Origin: a virus
Length of the DNA stretch: 64,000 bases
IMG/VR virus record: IMGVR_UViG_3300023109_002988
Span: 1 to 64,000 of that record
Reading direction: 5' to 3' (one strand)
The translations under genes and the position numbers were made by a program. The notes beneath the pieces were generated by a model. That model did no database searches. It had not been told where the DNA came from and worked only from the letters and a program-made list of their open reading frames with translations. Positions within the stretch are counted from its first letter, which is position 1. Each line of letters begins with the position of its first letter. This document shows, one piece after another, positions 49,047-58,175 of the stretch.

Positions 49047-49367
49047 CTAATCAATATCAATAGATAAAGTTTTTTTGACTTCTTTTTTAGGCATTGTTAT
49101 TGTAAGTAATCCGTCAGACATTTTAGATGAAATACTACTCAATGAAACTAGGTTTTTAAGATAAACCTTGTGGGTTTTTTTCTTTTTACCACTTTTTTCA
49201 GCTTCAATTGTTAGTACTTCGTCACAAACCGTAATCTTTACATCCTTTTTGGAAAATCCAGCAAGTTCAAATTCAACGGTGTAAACGTCATCGCTGCTTT
49301 TTACCAAGTTTGTTGTGTCTTGGTAAGCCCTCTCAATATTTAATAGTTCATTAATAATTGATGTCAT
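49047..49367 (-). CDS. Small heat shock protein (Hsp20)
   Basis: ELAGFSKKDVKI..LTIEAE..MSDGLLTITMPK alpha-crystallin motif. Confidence 0.85.
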   Translation of the reverse strand: MTSIINELLNIERAYQDTTNLVKSSDDVYTVEFELAGFSKKDVKITVCDEVLTIEAEKSGKKKKTHKVYLKNLVSLSSISSKMSDGLLTITMPKKEVKKTLSIDID

Positions 49368-49380
49368 AATATATTACTAT

Positions 49381-49396
49381 TGCAGATACCATGCCA
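49381..49396 (-). promoter_or_regulatory. Sigma54-type -24/-12 promoter for hsp20
   Basis: TGGCATGGTATCTGCA versus consensus TGGCACGnnnnTTGCA; exact GG-N10-GC spacing; intergenic. Confidence 0.65.
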
Positions 49397-49406
49397 ATTA
49401 AAAAAC

Positions 49407-50468
49407 CTAGGAAATATAGGACAAAATGCCGTCAACTGTGTTTGAGTAGGTAAATTTGTCCGATAACTTTTGTCCCTCTGAGTTAATTTGTCCCACCTTA
49501 GATTCAGCTTTTTCCATGGCTACAATCACTTCATCAGGATTCCAATCATAAAACGAACCTTGATTAAATGGAGATCCTTTAACAAAGAATTTTCCATCTT
49601 GGACATCAATATAACCAGAAGACTCTACAAGTATTGAATTATCTTTGTTTGCCCAATCTTTATGGGATGTTTCGTTAAGGACAATACTCCATTTGCCTAA
49701 ACAGGAAGAATTAAAAGCTGGCAAATTCCAACCCTCTCCTCCAGAAAGACCAGTTAAGTCAATATCAATTGCGTTAAGGAACTCATTAACCTCTCTGTTT
49801 GTTTTTAGATAGGGTAAAAAATTAACATTGCTATACCTGTTGCCTCCCAAAGTATTGGAAATGATGTGAGACATCTCCTCCTCTTTAAAGAAAGGGTTTG
49901 TAATACAACAAGTCAATTGATACTTGCTATTGTTGCCATATTTTTTAATCCATGTTTGAATTATTTTTGCTGTGTGCTTCCTGTTTTCAAACTTGCCCAT
50001 CAATCCGAAATGAACAACATCTTGAAGGTAAACTTTTTCAGTTCTTTTAAATTCTGGATCTAAGCCAAGAGGTACATGAGGAGAATTAAATTGATCCCCA
50101 GCATACTTAGAGCTAAAAATAGTTTTACTCTGAGCTTTGCATAAAGCTTTTTCTATGTCTGTAGGTTCGTTACATTCATAAAAAGTGTAAAGATACTGAT
50201 TGGAATTTTTCCTGTTTTCAGATCCATTCAGGTGCCAAATCTTAAGAGATGGTACATCATCTGATAAAAAATCAAACCTTTTATTTATAGAATCCTGAAA
50301 AAAAGATCTGTCATCATCGCTTAATTGATAAGCAGATAAATCAATACTTGATTCATTCATAGGCCAGATAGCAACATCATGGCCTTTACCCTTGAGCTCC
50401 TTGATAATGTTTACGGAAACATTACCAAGGCTCAGTGAGTTTAGGGGTGCGTCTACTAAGATTTTCAT
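49407..50468 (-). CDS. GT-B fold glycosyltransferase (GT4-like)
   Basis: GKFENRK..LSGGEGWNLPAF..LGK motif (ExFGLP-like). Confidence 0.75.
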   Translation of the reverse strand: MKILVDAPLNSLSLGNVSVNIIKELKGKGHDVAIWPMNESSIDLSAYQLSDDDRSFFQDSINKRFDFLSDDVPSLKIWHLNGSENRKNSNQYLYTFYECNEPTDIEKALCKAQSKTIFSSKYAGDQFNSPHVPLGLDPEFKRTEKVYLQDVVHFGLMGKFENRKHTAKIIQTWIKKYGNNSKYQLTCCITNPFFKEEEMSHIISNTLGGNRYSNVNFLPYLKTNREVNEFLNAIDIDLTGLSGGEGWNLPAFNSSCLGKWSIVLNETSHKDWANKDNSILVESSGYIDVQDGKFFVKGSPFNQGSFYDWNPDEVIVAMEKAESKVGQINSEGQKLSDKFTYSNTVDGILSYIS

Positions 50469-50840
50469 TTAAAATGGAATATCTTCATCTACCGAACCTG
50501 CGGTAACAGCTTGCTTGCTTTCTGCTTTTGGATCAGAATCATTTGTCCCACCAATGAACTGAAAGGTAGAGGCGGAAATAAACATCTTGTTGTATTTCTT
50601 ACCTTCAGATTCCCAAGAAGAATTTCTCAATTCACCTTGAATAATAATTGGTCTACCTTTGGTAAGGTACTGATTAGCTGTTTCAGCTTGCTTGTTCCAA
50701 AGCTCTGCGTCAATAAAACACGGCTCTTTGGCTCTTTTACCTGACACACAAAGTCTGATTTTACAAACCTTGTTATCTCCTACTTGTCTCATCTCTGGGT
50801 CTGATGCCAGATGACCTGCTGCTACTATTGTATTATACAT
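50469..50840 (-). CDS. ssb: Single-stranded DNA-binding protein
   Basis: GHLASDPEMR..W.KQAE..YLTKG..I.GEL..W, acidic tail DEDIPF. Confidence 0.92.
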   Translation of the reverse strand: MYNTIVAAGHLASDPEMRQVGDNKVCKIRLCVSGKRAKEPCFIDAELWNKQAETANQYLTKGRPIIIQGELRNSSWESEGKKYNKMFISASTFQFIGGTNDSDPKAESKQAVTAGSVDEDIPF

Positions 50841-51405
50841 GATTTTCGTCTAATTTATTTTTTACTTTTTCAATGAATCTGTCGTGAATGTTTATGCAAC
50901 CTTGTATACTAAGATTAAGTTTTTTGGCGGCTATTTTCCACGGCACTAACTTAGTATTGCTTGTATTGTATCTTATGTCAATGATTTTTTTTACTCTTTT
51001 ATCATTTTCTGTTTTAAGCATAGAGTTAAAGATGTCAAAAGCTTCTATTTTTGATAGCTTTACAAGAGAGTCGTCGTCGTCAGATAAGTCTGAGTGTACG
51101 TTTTCTAGGGGTACGTTCTTCTTTTCTTTTCTGTTAATCTCATTAAGGCACTTCCACTTAGTCTGATTAGCAAGAAATGTAGAAAATTTACTATTTTTGC
51201 TTGGATCATAATCTAACGCAGATTTATATATCATATAATCTTTATCGTCTATTATGGACTTTTTGTTTATATTAATGCGGTCATTTTTTGAATATTGATC
51301 CACTATATAAACATATATACCAGAATGCCTATTTATTAATTCAGATAAGCTCGCCCCATCTTTTGATTCTTGTATTCTTTTTATAAGGGACAGGTCACTT
51401 TCCAT
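50833..51405 (-). CDS. Phage sigma70-family sigma factor
   Basis: Region 2 YDPSKNSKFSTFL; region 4 IIDIRY..WKIAAKKLNLS HTH. Confidence 0.75.
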   Translation of the reverse strand: MESDLSLIKRIQESKDGASLSELINRHSGIYVYIVDQYSKNDRININKKSIIDDKDYMIYKSALDYDPSKNSKFSTFLANQTKWKCLNEINRKEKKNVPLENVHSDLSDDDDSLVKLSKIEAFDIFNSMLKTENDKRVKKIIDIRYNTSNTKLVPWKIAAKKLNLSIQGCINIHDRFIEKVKNKLDENHV

Positions 51406-51968
51406 AATTCATATGTTTCTTTGTTTAATAGTTTATTCAGTATTTCGTTGGATGTCAAACTTAAAAGTCTTTTATCTTCAAAGTTTCCAAACGTAAAATT
51501 TACATCTACTTCGTTTTTTAGAATAGAGTTATTATCTTCTTCGTATTTGTTTGCGGGTTCTATGCCTTCTCTTTCTATCAAAACAGATAGACCATCGTTT
51601 CTCTTTACCCAATCAAGTTCATTTGAAAACCTTAGGTCTGTTATTATGTTAACAGCATCAAGATCTAGGTTTTCCTCTAGTTTGTTTATCCATGTATTAT
51701 TGTCTATCTTTCTTATGACATCTGTGCCCCAACAAACTAAGAAGGGTCTGATTATTTTTTTCTCGTCATCATCTTCTGTAAAAGCAGATATCCCAGTTTT
51801 TTCAATTAAAAATTGATCTACTGATTTTTTTAATTCATCAGCGAATGAAACCTTTACCGCTTTAATTCCACTATCCCTAAGTATATCTATGAAGTTATTT
51901 CCAAGAGTATCTTTCCCAGATCTAGCATTACCAGATATACTTATAATTTTATGTTTATAATTAAGCAT
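51381..51968 (-). CDS. Deoxynucleoside monophosphate kinase
   Basis: ISGNARSGKDT P-loop, SFADELK, WGTD.IR, ITDLRF.NE. ATG at 51968 preferred over the track start at 51995. Confidence 0.8.
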   Translation of the reverse strand: MLNYKHKIISISGNARSGKDTLGNNFIDILRDSGIKAVKVSFADELKKSVDQFLIEKTGISAFTEDDDEKKIIRPFLVCWGTDVIRKIDNNTWINKLEENLDLDAVNIITDLRFSNELDWVKRNDGLSVLIEREGIEPANKYEEDNNSILKNEVDVNFTFGNFEDKRLLSLTSNEILNKLLNKETYELWKVTCPL

Positions 51969-51995
51969 TTGTTTAAATGATAATTTATCATACAA

Positions 51996-52411
51996 ATATC
52001 AACAAGTCAATACTTTTATTTAGAAATCAATTCATTTTTTAAAATGCTTTGCTTTGAGATATTTAAAATACTATACCGTATAGTAATACTTTACGGTTAG
52101 TAGTATATACTAATCGATAAGTAATTTAAATATCGAAAAGAAATCGATTGACAATAGTCTTCGATTAAGTTCGTAACCAATAACTTTTTCGGAAGTGTTG
52201 TTGAATACGTTTTATTATACAAAACCGTTCTACTTTTTTCTAAAGTTTTTTTCACTTTTTTAAAAATGAAATTTCAAATAAAAAAATTAAGTATATTTTC
52301 TACTTGACCGATACCAATTTCTGGCTAATGTGTAAATTATCACAGCGGGGAATAAAGAGGGGTGAAACCAGGAACCGACGTAACAATAAACAATAAACAA
52401 AGAAAGAAAAA
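51996..52411. other. Longest intergenic region; divergent promoters, clustered palindromes, possible origin
   Basis: Strand switch point with several inverted repeats at 52069-52170. Confidence 0.4.
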
Positions 52412-53389
52412 ATGAGCATATTCGAAGAACAAATATCAAGAAAACCTAATAATTATCCGTGGGCAGAAGACTTTATTGAAGTCATGCATAATGGATTTTG
52501 GACAGATAAAGAATTTAGTTTTTCCTCTGATGTTCAAGATTTTCAAATATCCATGGACGATCAAGAGAAAGAGATAATCGTTCGAACACTATCTGCAATT
52601 GGTCAAATCGAGGTTGCTGTTAAAAAATTCTGGGCCAAGCTAGGAGACAATCTTCCTCACCCATCTCTTACTGATCTAGGTTATGTTATGGCTAATGTCG
52701 AAGTTATACATAACAATGCGTATGAAAGACTACTTAAAGTTTTAGGATTAGAAGAAATCTTTGAAGAGAATCTAAAATTGGACTTTATTGAGGGAAGAGT
52801 TAACTATCTTAGAAAATACAATCATAGATATTATAAAGACAGTAAGAAGCAGTATGTATATTCTTTGATTCTTTTTACGCTTTTCGTTGAAAACGTATCT
52901 CTCATGAGCCAGTTTTATATAATTAATTGGTTTTCCAGAAATAAAAATGTTCTAAAAGACACCGAACAACAGGTAAGGTATACAAGAAACGAAGAGAATA
53001 TCCACGCTCAAGTAGGAATCAAAATAATTAACACTATTAGAGAGGAACACCCAGAACTTTTTGACGAAGAATTAGAGCAAAGAATTTTGCATGAAGCTGA
53101 ACAGGCATATATTGCAGAAGCTAAGATTATTGATTGGATGGTTAATGGTATTGACGAAGAGGGATTAAGTGCTCCTCTTCTTAAGGAGTTTATTAAAGAG
53201 CGTATTAACGATTCATTACAACAAATTTCATTCAAAAAAGCATTTGAGGTTGACAATACTTTGATTAAGGATACAATGTGGTTTGAGGAGGAGTTAATGG
53301 GAAACAATTCAACTGATTTTTTCCATTCTCGTCCTGTAGAATATTCAAAAAAAGCACAAACATTTGACCTAGATAGCGTATTTGCATGA
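52412..53389 (+). CDS. nrdB: Ribonucleotide reductase beta subunit, class Id-like (NrdBi)
   Basis: QIEVAVKKFW, EVIHNNAY, ENVSL.SQF, EENIH, WFEEE..DFF..RPVEY. Confidence 0.92.
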   Translation: MSIFEEQISRKPNNYPWAEDFIEVMHNGFWTDKEFSFSSDVQDFQISMDDQEKEIIVRTLSAIGQIEVAVKKFWAKLGDNLPHPSLTDLGYVMANVEVIHNNAYERLLKVLGLEEIFEENLKLDFIEGRVNYLRKYNHRYYKDSKKQYVYSLILFTLFVENVSLMSQFYIINWFSRNKNVLKDTEQQVRYTRNEENIHAQVGIKIINTIREEHPELFDEELEQRILHEAEQAYIAEAKIIDWMVNGIDEEGLSAPLLKEFIKERINDSLQQISFKKAFEVDNTLIKDTMWFEEELMGNNSTDFFHSRPVEYSKKAQTFDLDSVFA

Positions 53390-55056
53390 AAAAATATTAT
53401 TGGAACAACAAAACTTCGCAACAGATTTTAAACAGAGGATACCTTGACGGCGAAAGCTTGACTGGTAGAGTTCTTAGTGTGGGTGAGTCTTTTCAAAAAG
53501 ACTTTGTATCTCGCGCTCCTGCAGAACACAAAGGTAAATTTTCTGATTTATGTGAAAAGTTTGAACATTATATGTCTCTAGGTTTCTACTCTCTGTCTAG
53601 TCCTGTTTGGGCTAATTATGGTAGAGACAGGGGCCTTCCCGTTTCCTGTAATGGGGTTTATGTTCCAGATACCATGCAAGGCATCTTGACCAAACAATCA
53701 GAAGTTGGTATGCAAACAAAGCATGGCGCTGGAACTTCTGGTTACTTTGGAGAGTTGCGTGGTAGAGGTCACCCTATAAGTACTGGAGGTAGTTCTTCTG
53801 GATCGGTGCATTTTATGGAGCTTTTCGATAAGGTAACATCTGTAGTTTCACAAAGCAGTGTTCGCAGAGGTTCTTTTGCAGCTTACCTCCCTGTTGATCA
53901 CCCTGACATCGAAGAGTTTCTACGTATCAGATCTGAGGGTCATCCTATACAAGATCTTTCTTTTGCTGTGACTATTACAGATGAATGGATGGAAGCAATG
54001 AACAATGGAGATATCGACAAGCGCAAAATTTGGGCAAAGATTATCCAGAAGAAGTTTGAGTCTGGATATCCTTATTTGTTTTTTCAAGATACAGCCAATA
54101 AGAACGCACCTCAGGTATACAAAGATAAAGACATGAAAATTTATGCTTCAAATCTTTGCAATGAAATTTCTCTACCATCTTCTCCAGAGGAGTCGTTTGT
54201 TTGTTGTTTGTCTTCGCTAAATCTGGAGAGGTGGGACGAGATTATTAAGACTGATGCTATTGAAACCATGGTTTACTTTCTTGATTCTGTTATGGAGGAA
54301 TATATAGATAAGACAGACGACATACCTTACATGGAGTTTGATAATAACTTTGCTAAACGTCATAGGGCTTTAGGCATGGGTGTTCTTGGTTGGCATTCTT
54401 ATTTACAGAGTAATTCTATTGCATTTGAGAGTATGGAAGCTAAAATGAAAAATGTAGAAATATTCAAAACAATTAGAGAAAGAGCGGACAAGGCGACAAA
54501 GGAATTAGCTGAAGTTTTTGGTGAGCCTGAAGTCCTTAAAGGTTATGGTCGCAGAAACACAACAACAATGGCTGTTGCCCCAACGACAACAAGCTCTCTT
54601 ATTCTTGGTCAGGTTTCTCAAGGGATTGAGCCTACTGTAAATTACTATACTAAGAACTCAGCTAAAGGTAAATTTACAATTAGAAGCCCTCACCTAGCAA
54701 ATTTGTTGGAATCTAAAGGTAAAAACACAGAAGCAGTTTGGAAATCTATTCTTCATAACGATGGATCAGTTAAGCATTTGAATTTTTTGAGTGATCATGA
54801 AAAAGATGTATTTAAAACTTTCGGGGAAATATCCCAAAAAGAAATAGTAATTCAAGCCTCGCAACGTCAAAAATATATAGACCAAGGTCAGTCTTTGAAC
54901 TTGATGATCCATCCAAAAGCTTCTCCAAAAGAGGTTAGTGAACTTATGATTTTTGGTTGGGAAATGGGTCTCAAAGGTTTTTATTACCAAAGAAGCATGA
55001 ATCCTAGTCAAGAATTAGCAAGATCCATTATGAATTGTACATCTTGTGAAGGTTGA
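53386..55056 (+). CDS. nrdA: Ribonucleotide reductase alpha subunit, short, no ATP cone
   Basis: PVSC, SNLCNEI, CCLSSLNL, APTTTSS, DQGQSLNL, FYYQRS, C-terminal CTSCEG. Confidence 0.95.
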   Translation: MKKYYWNNKTSQQILNRGYLDGESLTGRVLSVGESFQKDFVSRAPAEHKGKFSDLCEKFEHYMSLGFYSLSSPVWANYGRDRGLPVSCNGVYVPDTMQGILTKQSEVGMQTKHGAGTSGYFGELRGRGHPISTGGSSSGSVHFMELFDKVTSVVSQSSVRRGSFAAYLPVDHPDIEEFLRIRSEGHPIQDLSFAVTITDEWMEAMNNGDIDKRKIWAKIIQKKFESGYPYLFFQDTANKNAPQVYKDKDMKIYASNLCNEISLPSSPEESFVCCLSSLNLERWDEIIKTDAIETMVYFLDSVMEEYIDKTDDIPYMEFDNNFAKRHRALGMGVLGWHSYLQSNSIAFESMEAKMKNVEIFKTIRERADKATKELAEVFGEPEVLKGYGRRNTTTMAVAPTTTSSLILGQVSQGIEPTVNYYTKNSAKGKFTIRSPHLANLLESKGKNTEAVWKSILHNDGSVKHLNFLSDHEKDVFKTFGEISQKEIVIQASQRQKYIDQGQSLNLMIHPKASPKEVSELMIFGWEMGLKGFYYQRSMNPSQELARSIMNCTSCEG

Positions 55057-55058
55057 TA

Positions 55059-55085
55059 TTTCATTTTTTTAAAATTTCAGTGTAA
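55059..55085 (+). promoter_or_regulatory. Putative late promoter TTTCAT-N15-GTGTAA
   Basis: Intergenic, with the same bipartite spacing as 6683 and 13610. Confidence 0.55.
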
Positions 55086-55094
55086 AGAATTAAC

Positions 55095-56063
55095 ATGGAG
55101 TACGATTTTTCAGAACAAGCAAAAACCTTTTTAGAAAGCCAGTCAGCAAAAAGACCAGGACCAAAAGGTTCGGCTCAAACACCTGCTAAAAAAAGCGAAA
55201 AAAAAGAAGGTTCTAGCAAAAACGAGAAGGGTAGTGCTGGTAAAGATGGTAAAAAAATAACGTTTTCTGATAAAGTTATTTCTGCTTTGCAAACAAAAGT
55301 TAAAGAACATAACGAAAAACACTCCAAGAAAGTTACTCTTGCTCAACTTAAAAAAGTATATCGTAGAGGTGCTGGAGCATTTAGTTCTAGTCACAGACCT
55401 GGAATGACTAGGGGTCAATGGGCGATGGCTAGAGTAAATACTTTTCTGAAAATGGCTAGAGGCGGTAAGGTTAAAAAATCTTACAAAGCTGCTGACAGCG
55501 ATATTGCAAAAGGTTCTGAAGAATACTATCTTGAAAAACAAGGTGATGCTTTCTGGGACTTCGAAGAAATTGAATTTCAACTAGCAAAAATTGATCTATT
55601 AAAAGCTGGCATTGAAACTTGGGAACAAGACCAAGAAGCTGAAGAGCTTGAGTTCTCTGAAGCTGAGAAAAAAACCTTGAACAAACCTTTTAGATTAAAG
55701 GGTGGCAAAAAAAAGTTCGGAGTATATGTAAAAAATCCTAAAACTGGCAACGTAGTTATGGTTAAATTTGGTGATCCTAACATGGAAATCAAAAGAGATG
55801 ATCCTGATCGTCGTCGTAGTTTTAGAGCCAGACATAAATGCGATAGCGCAAAAGACAAAACCACACCTCGTTACTGGTCTTGTAAGATGTGGAGCAAAAA
55901 GCCTGTTAATAAATCTGTTTCTTCTGAAGCTCTTGAGTGGGATGACGAAGAAGCTGTTAGCGAGTGGGGTTGGGATGAGTCCTCTGTTATCGAAAACGAT
56001 GATTATTTTAAAGGCTACGATCATTTAAAAGATTGTGAAATAATTGAAAACGATGATGTTTGA
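55095..56063 (+). CDS. Basic two-domain phage protein (possible internal head protein)
   Basis: LKKVYRRG.GAF..SHRPG....QWAMARVN and KKF.VYVKNP..VKFGDPNM.IKRD.P.RR.SFRARH.C..YWSC domains, recalled from large phages. Confidence 0.55.
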   Translation: MEYDFSEQAKTFLESQSAKRPGPKGSAQTPAKKSEKKEGSSKNEKGSAGKDGKKITFSDKVISALQTKVKEHNEKHSKKVTLAQLKKVYRRGAGAFSSSHRPGMTRGQWAMARVNTFLKMARGGKVKKSYKAADSDIAKGSEEYYLEKQGDAFWDFEEIEFQLAKIDLLKAGIETWEQDQEAEELEFSEAEKKTLNKPFRLKGGKKKFGVYVKNPKTGNVVMVKFGDPNMEIKRDDPDRRRSFRARHKCDSAKDKTTPRYWSCKMWSKKPVNKSVSSEALEWDDEEAVSEWGWDESSVIENDDYFKGYDHLKDCEIIENDDV

Positions 56064-56076
56064 TTTATGATCCTTT

Positions 56077-56829
56077 ATGGATCTAAAACCCAAGATATCA
56101 TTCTGCATTATCTCTAATGGGAAACGCCCTAGAGAACTAAGGCTTTCAGTTAAATCTATAGAAAGCAACTTCTATATAAAAGACGACTATGAGATTATCA
56201 TTGTTGGGGATAACATAGATCAATTTAAAGATCTTGACGTTAAACTTGTAGAGGATAATAAGTATAATAAATACCTAGGTGCTAGAAAAAACATAGGTAC
56301 AAAAAACTCTAATGGAAACATAATAGTTCATTGCGATGATGATGTTATCTTTACTAAAGACTGGTTCTTCAAGCTGGAAGAATACCACAGTAAAAACCCA
56401 GAGTGGGAAGTTCTAGGCAATAAGATATTTCTTCCAGATGGCGGCAGGTATTATGATAGAGCTATATATTTACCAAGACACAAGATGGTGCCTTACGATT
56501 TTGATGAGACTGTTGACCCGCACACATTACTTTACCAGTGCGGAGCCTTCTCTGTGTGTAAAAGATCACTTCTTGATAAGGTAGAGTGGAGTAATGAGAT
56601 TCCCTTCTACGGGAAACTAAATGGTTTCGATTACAACGAGGACGTAGACTTTTCTGTTAAGCTTAAAGAAGCTGGAATTAGAATAAGCTTTGACGAAAAC
56701 AATACTGTTTGGCATTATGATCACAGTTACTATTACAAAGACTGGTTTGCATACAAAAAGAAACCAGAAGAAATGAACGAAAATAAGTGTCTTGATTTCA
56801 TAATGCTTTTAAACTTTTTAGATAAATGA
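56077..56829 (+). CDS. Glycosyltransferase family 2
   Basis: ISFCII..YEIIIVG..ARKN.G..HCDDD..EDVDFS. Confidence 0.85.
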   Translation: MDLKPKISFCIISNGKRPRELRLSVKSIESNFYIKDDYEIIIVGDNIDQFKDLDVKLVEDNKYNKYLGARKNIGTKNSNGNIIVHCDDDVIFTKDWFFKLEEYHSKNPEWEVLGNKIFLPDGGRYYDRAIYLPRHKMVPYDFDETVDPHTLLYQCGAFSVCKRSLLDKVEWSNEIPFYGKLNGFDYNEDVDFSVKLKEAGIRISFDENNTVWHYDHSYYYKDWFAYKKKPEEMNENKCLDFIMLLNFLDK

Positions 56830-57518
56830 AAGAAAAACAAAAAATAGGCTTTCTTGTTTTAGCTACCAATAAGTATACAAGATTTATTCCCGACTTAATA
56901 AAGGGGGCGGACGAGTTCTTTTTAAGAGATTACGAAGTAGAGTACTTTATATTTACTGATGACAAAAGCTTAGATGTTGAGACACAGCGTAAAGTTCACC
57001 TCATAAATACAGAACACAAGCCTTGGCCATATATGCCAATGGCCCAGTATGGTATATTTCATTCAAACAAACAATCATTTGAAGATATGGATTATCTTTA
57101 TTATTGTGATGCTGATATGCGGTTTTGCGATCATGTCGGACCAGAAATACTCAGTGACAGAGTAGCCACTCAACACCCAGGTCTTTATGGGAGAAGGGGG
57201 ACTCCAGAAACAAACCCTAACTCAACTGCTTATGTTTCTATGTTTGAAAACATGCAGTATTTTGCTGGTGGATTCAATGGAGGTTCTCACGACGAATATA
57301 TAAAGATGTGCAAGATATGCTATGAAAACATAGAGAAAGATTTCGAAAATGACATAACAGCGGTATGGCATGATGAAAGTCATATGAATAGGTATTTCAT
57401 AGACAACCCTCCTACTAAAATATTGGACCCAGGATATTGTTATGGAGAGTCTTTGCGCCCACCATTTAAACCTAGGTTAATAGCCCTAGATAAAGACCAC
57501 AAAGAAATAAGATCCTAA
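56826..57518 (+). CDS. Glycosyltransferase family 6 (ABO-like)
   Basis: ATNKY, YFIFTD, DADM, QHPG, FAGGFNGG, AVWHDESHMNRYF. Confidence 0.9.
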   Translation: MKEKQKIGFLVLATNKYTRFIPDLIKGADEFFLRDYEVEYFIFTDDKSLDVETQRKVHLINTEHKPWPYMPMAQYGIFHSNKQSFEDMDYLYYCDADMRFCDHVGPEILSDRVATQHPGLYGRRGTPETNPNSTAYVSMFENMQYFAGGFNGGSHDEYIKMCKICYENIEKDFENDITAVWHDESHMNRYFIDNPPTKILDPGYCYGESLRPPFKPRLIALDKDHKEIRS

Positions 57519-57519
57519 A

Positions 57520-58170
57520 ATGATTTCTATATTATTGGCTGTTCATAATGGAGAAAAATATCTCCGTCAAAGTATTGATTCTGTAATTTCCCAGACATCT
57601 AAATCTTGGGAGCTGCTAATAGGTTTCAATGGTACGTCGGACTCATCTAAAAATATAGCAAAAGAATATAATGAACCAAGAATAAAATTGTTTGATTATG
57701 GAAAAGACAAAGGAAAAGCCAAAACATTAAACAAATTAATAAAAGAAGCTAAATATGATTGGTGTGCAATTCAAGATGACGATGATTTATGGGAAAAACA
57801 AAAACTCGAAAAACAAATAAAACACAAAAAAGATTACGATGTAATAGGTTCCTTTATAAAGTATATAGATGAAAAAGGTTTTATCATAGGAGGTCCAAAT
57901 CTAGCGTCTAACCACGAAGACATAAAAGCAAGAAGTCTCTCAGGGGTAAATCAAGTAGCAAATTTAAGTGCAATATTTAAGAAATCTGCAGTATATTCAA
58001 TTGGTGGTTGGGACGAAAATATAGATGGAATAGAAGATTACGACTTGTGGTTAAGACTTCTCAGGTGCAATTATAAATTTTTTAATGTACCAGAGTATTT
58101 ATGTTTTCACAGGCTCCACAAAGAAAGTAATTTCAATACAAAAAAACAAGATGTAAGTAAAATATTATAA
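57520..58170 (+). CDS. Glycosyltransferase family 2
   Basis: ISILLAVHNGEKYL..QDDDD..GGW..EDYDLWLR. Confidence 0.9.
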   Translation: MISILLAVHNGEKYLRQSIDSVISQTSKSWELLIGFNGTSDSSKNIAKEYNEPRIKLFDYGKDKGKAKTLNKLIKEAKYDWCAIQDDDDLWEKQKLEKQIKHKKDYDVIGSFIKYIDEKGFIIGGPNLASNHEDIKARSLSGVNQVANLSAIFKKSAVYSIGGWDENIDGIEDYDLWLRLLRCNYKFFNVPEYLCFHRLHKESNFNTKKQDVSKIL

Positions 58171-58175
58171 AAACA

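Noticed and set aside
52412-55056. Introns or inteins in RNR (also checked terminase and RecA)
   Set aside because: The proteins are compact and motif-continuous, with no intein or homing endonuclease insert seen.
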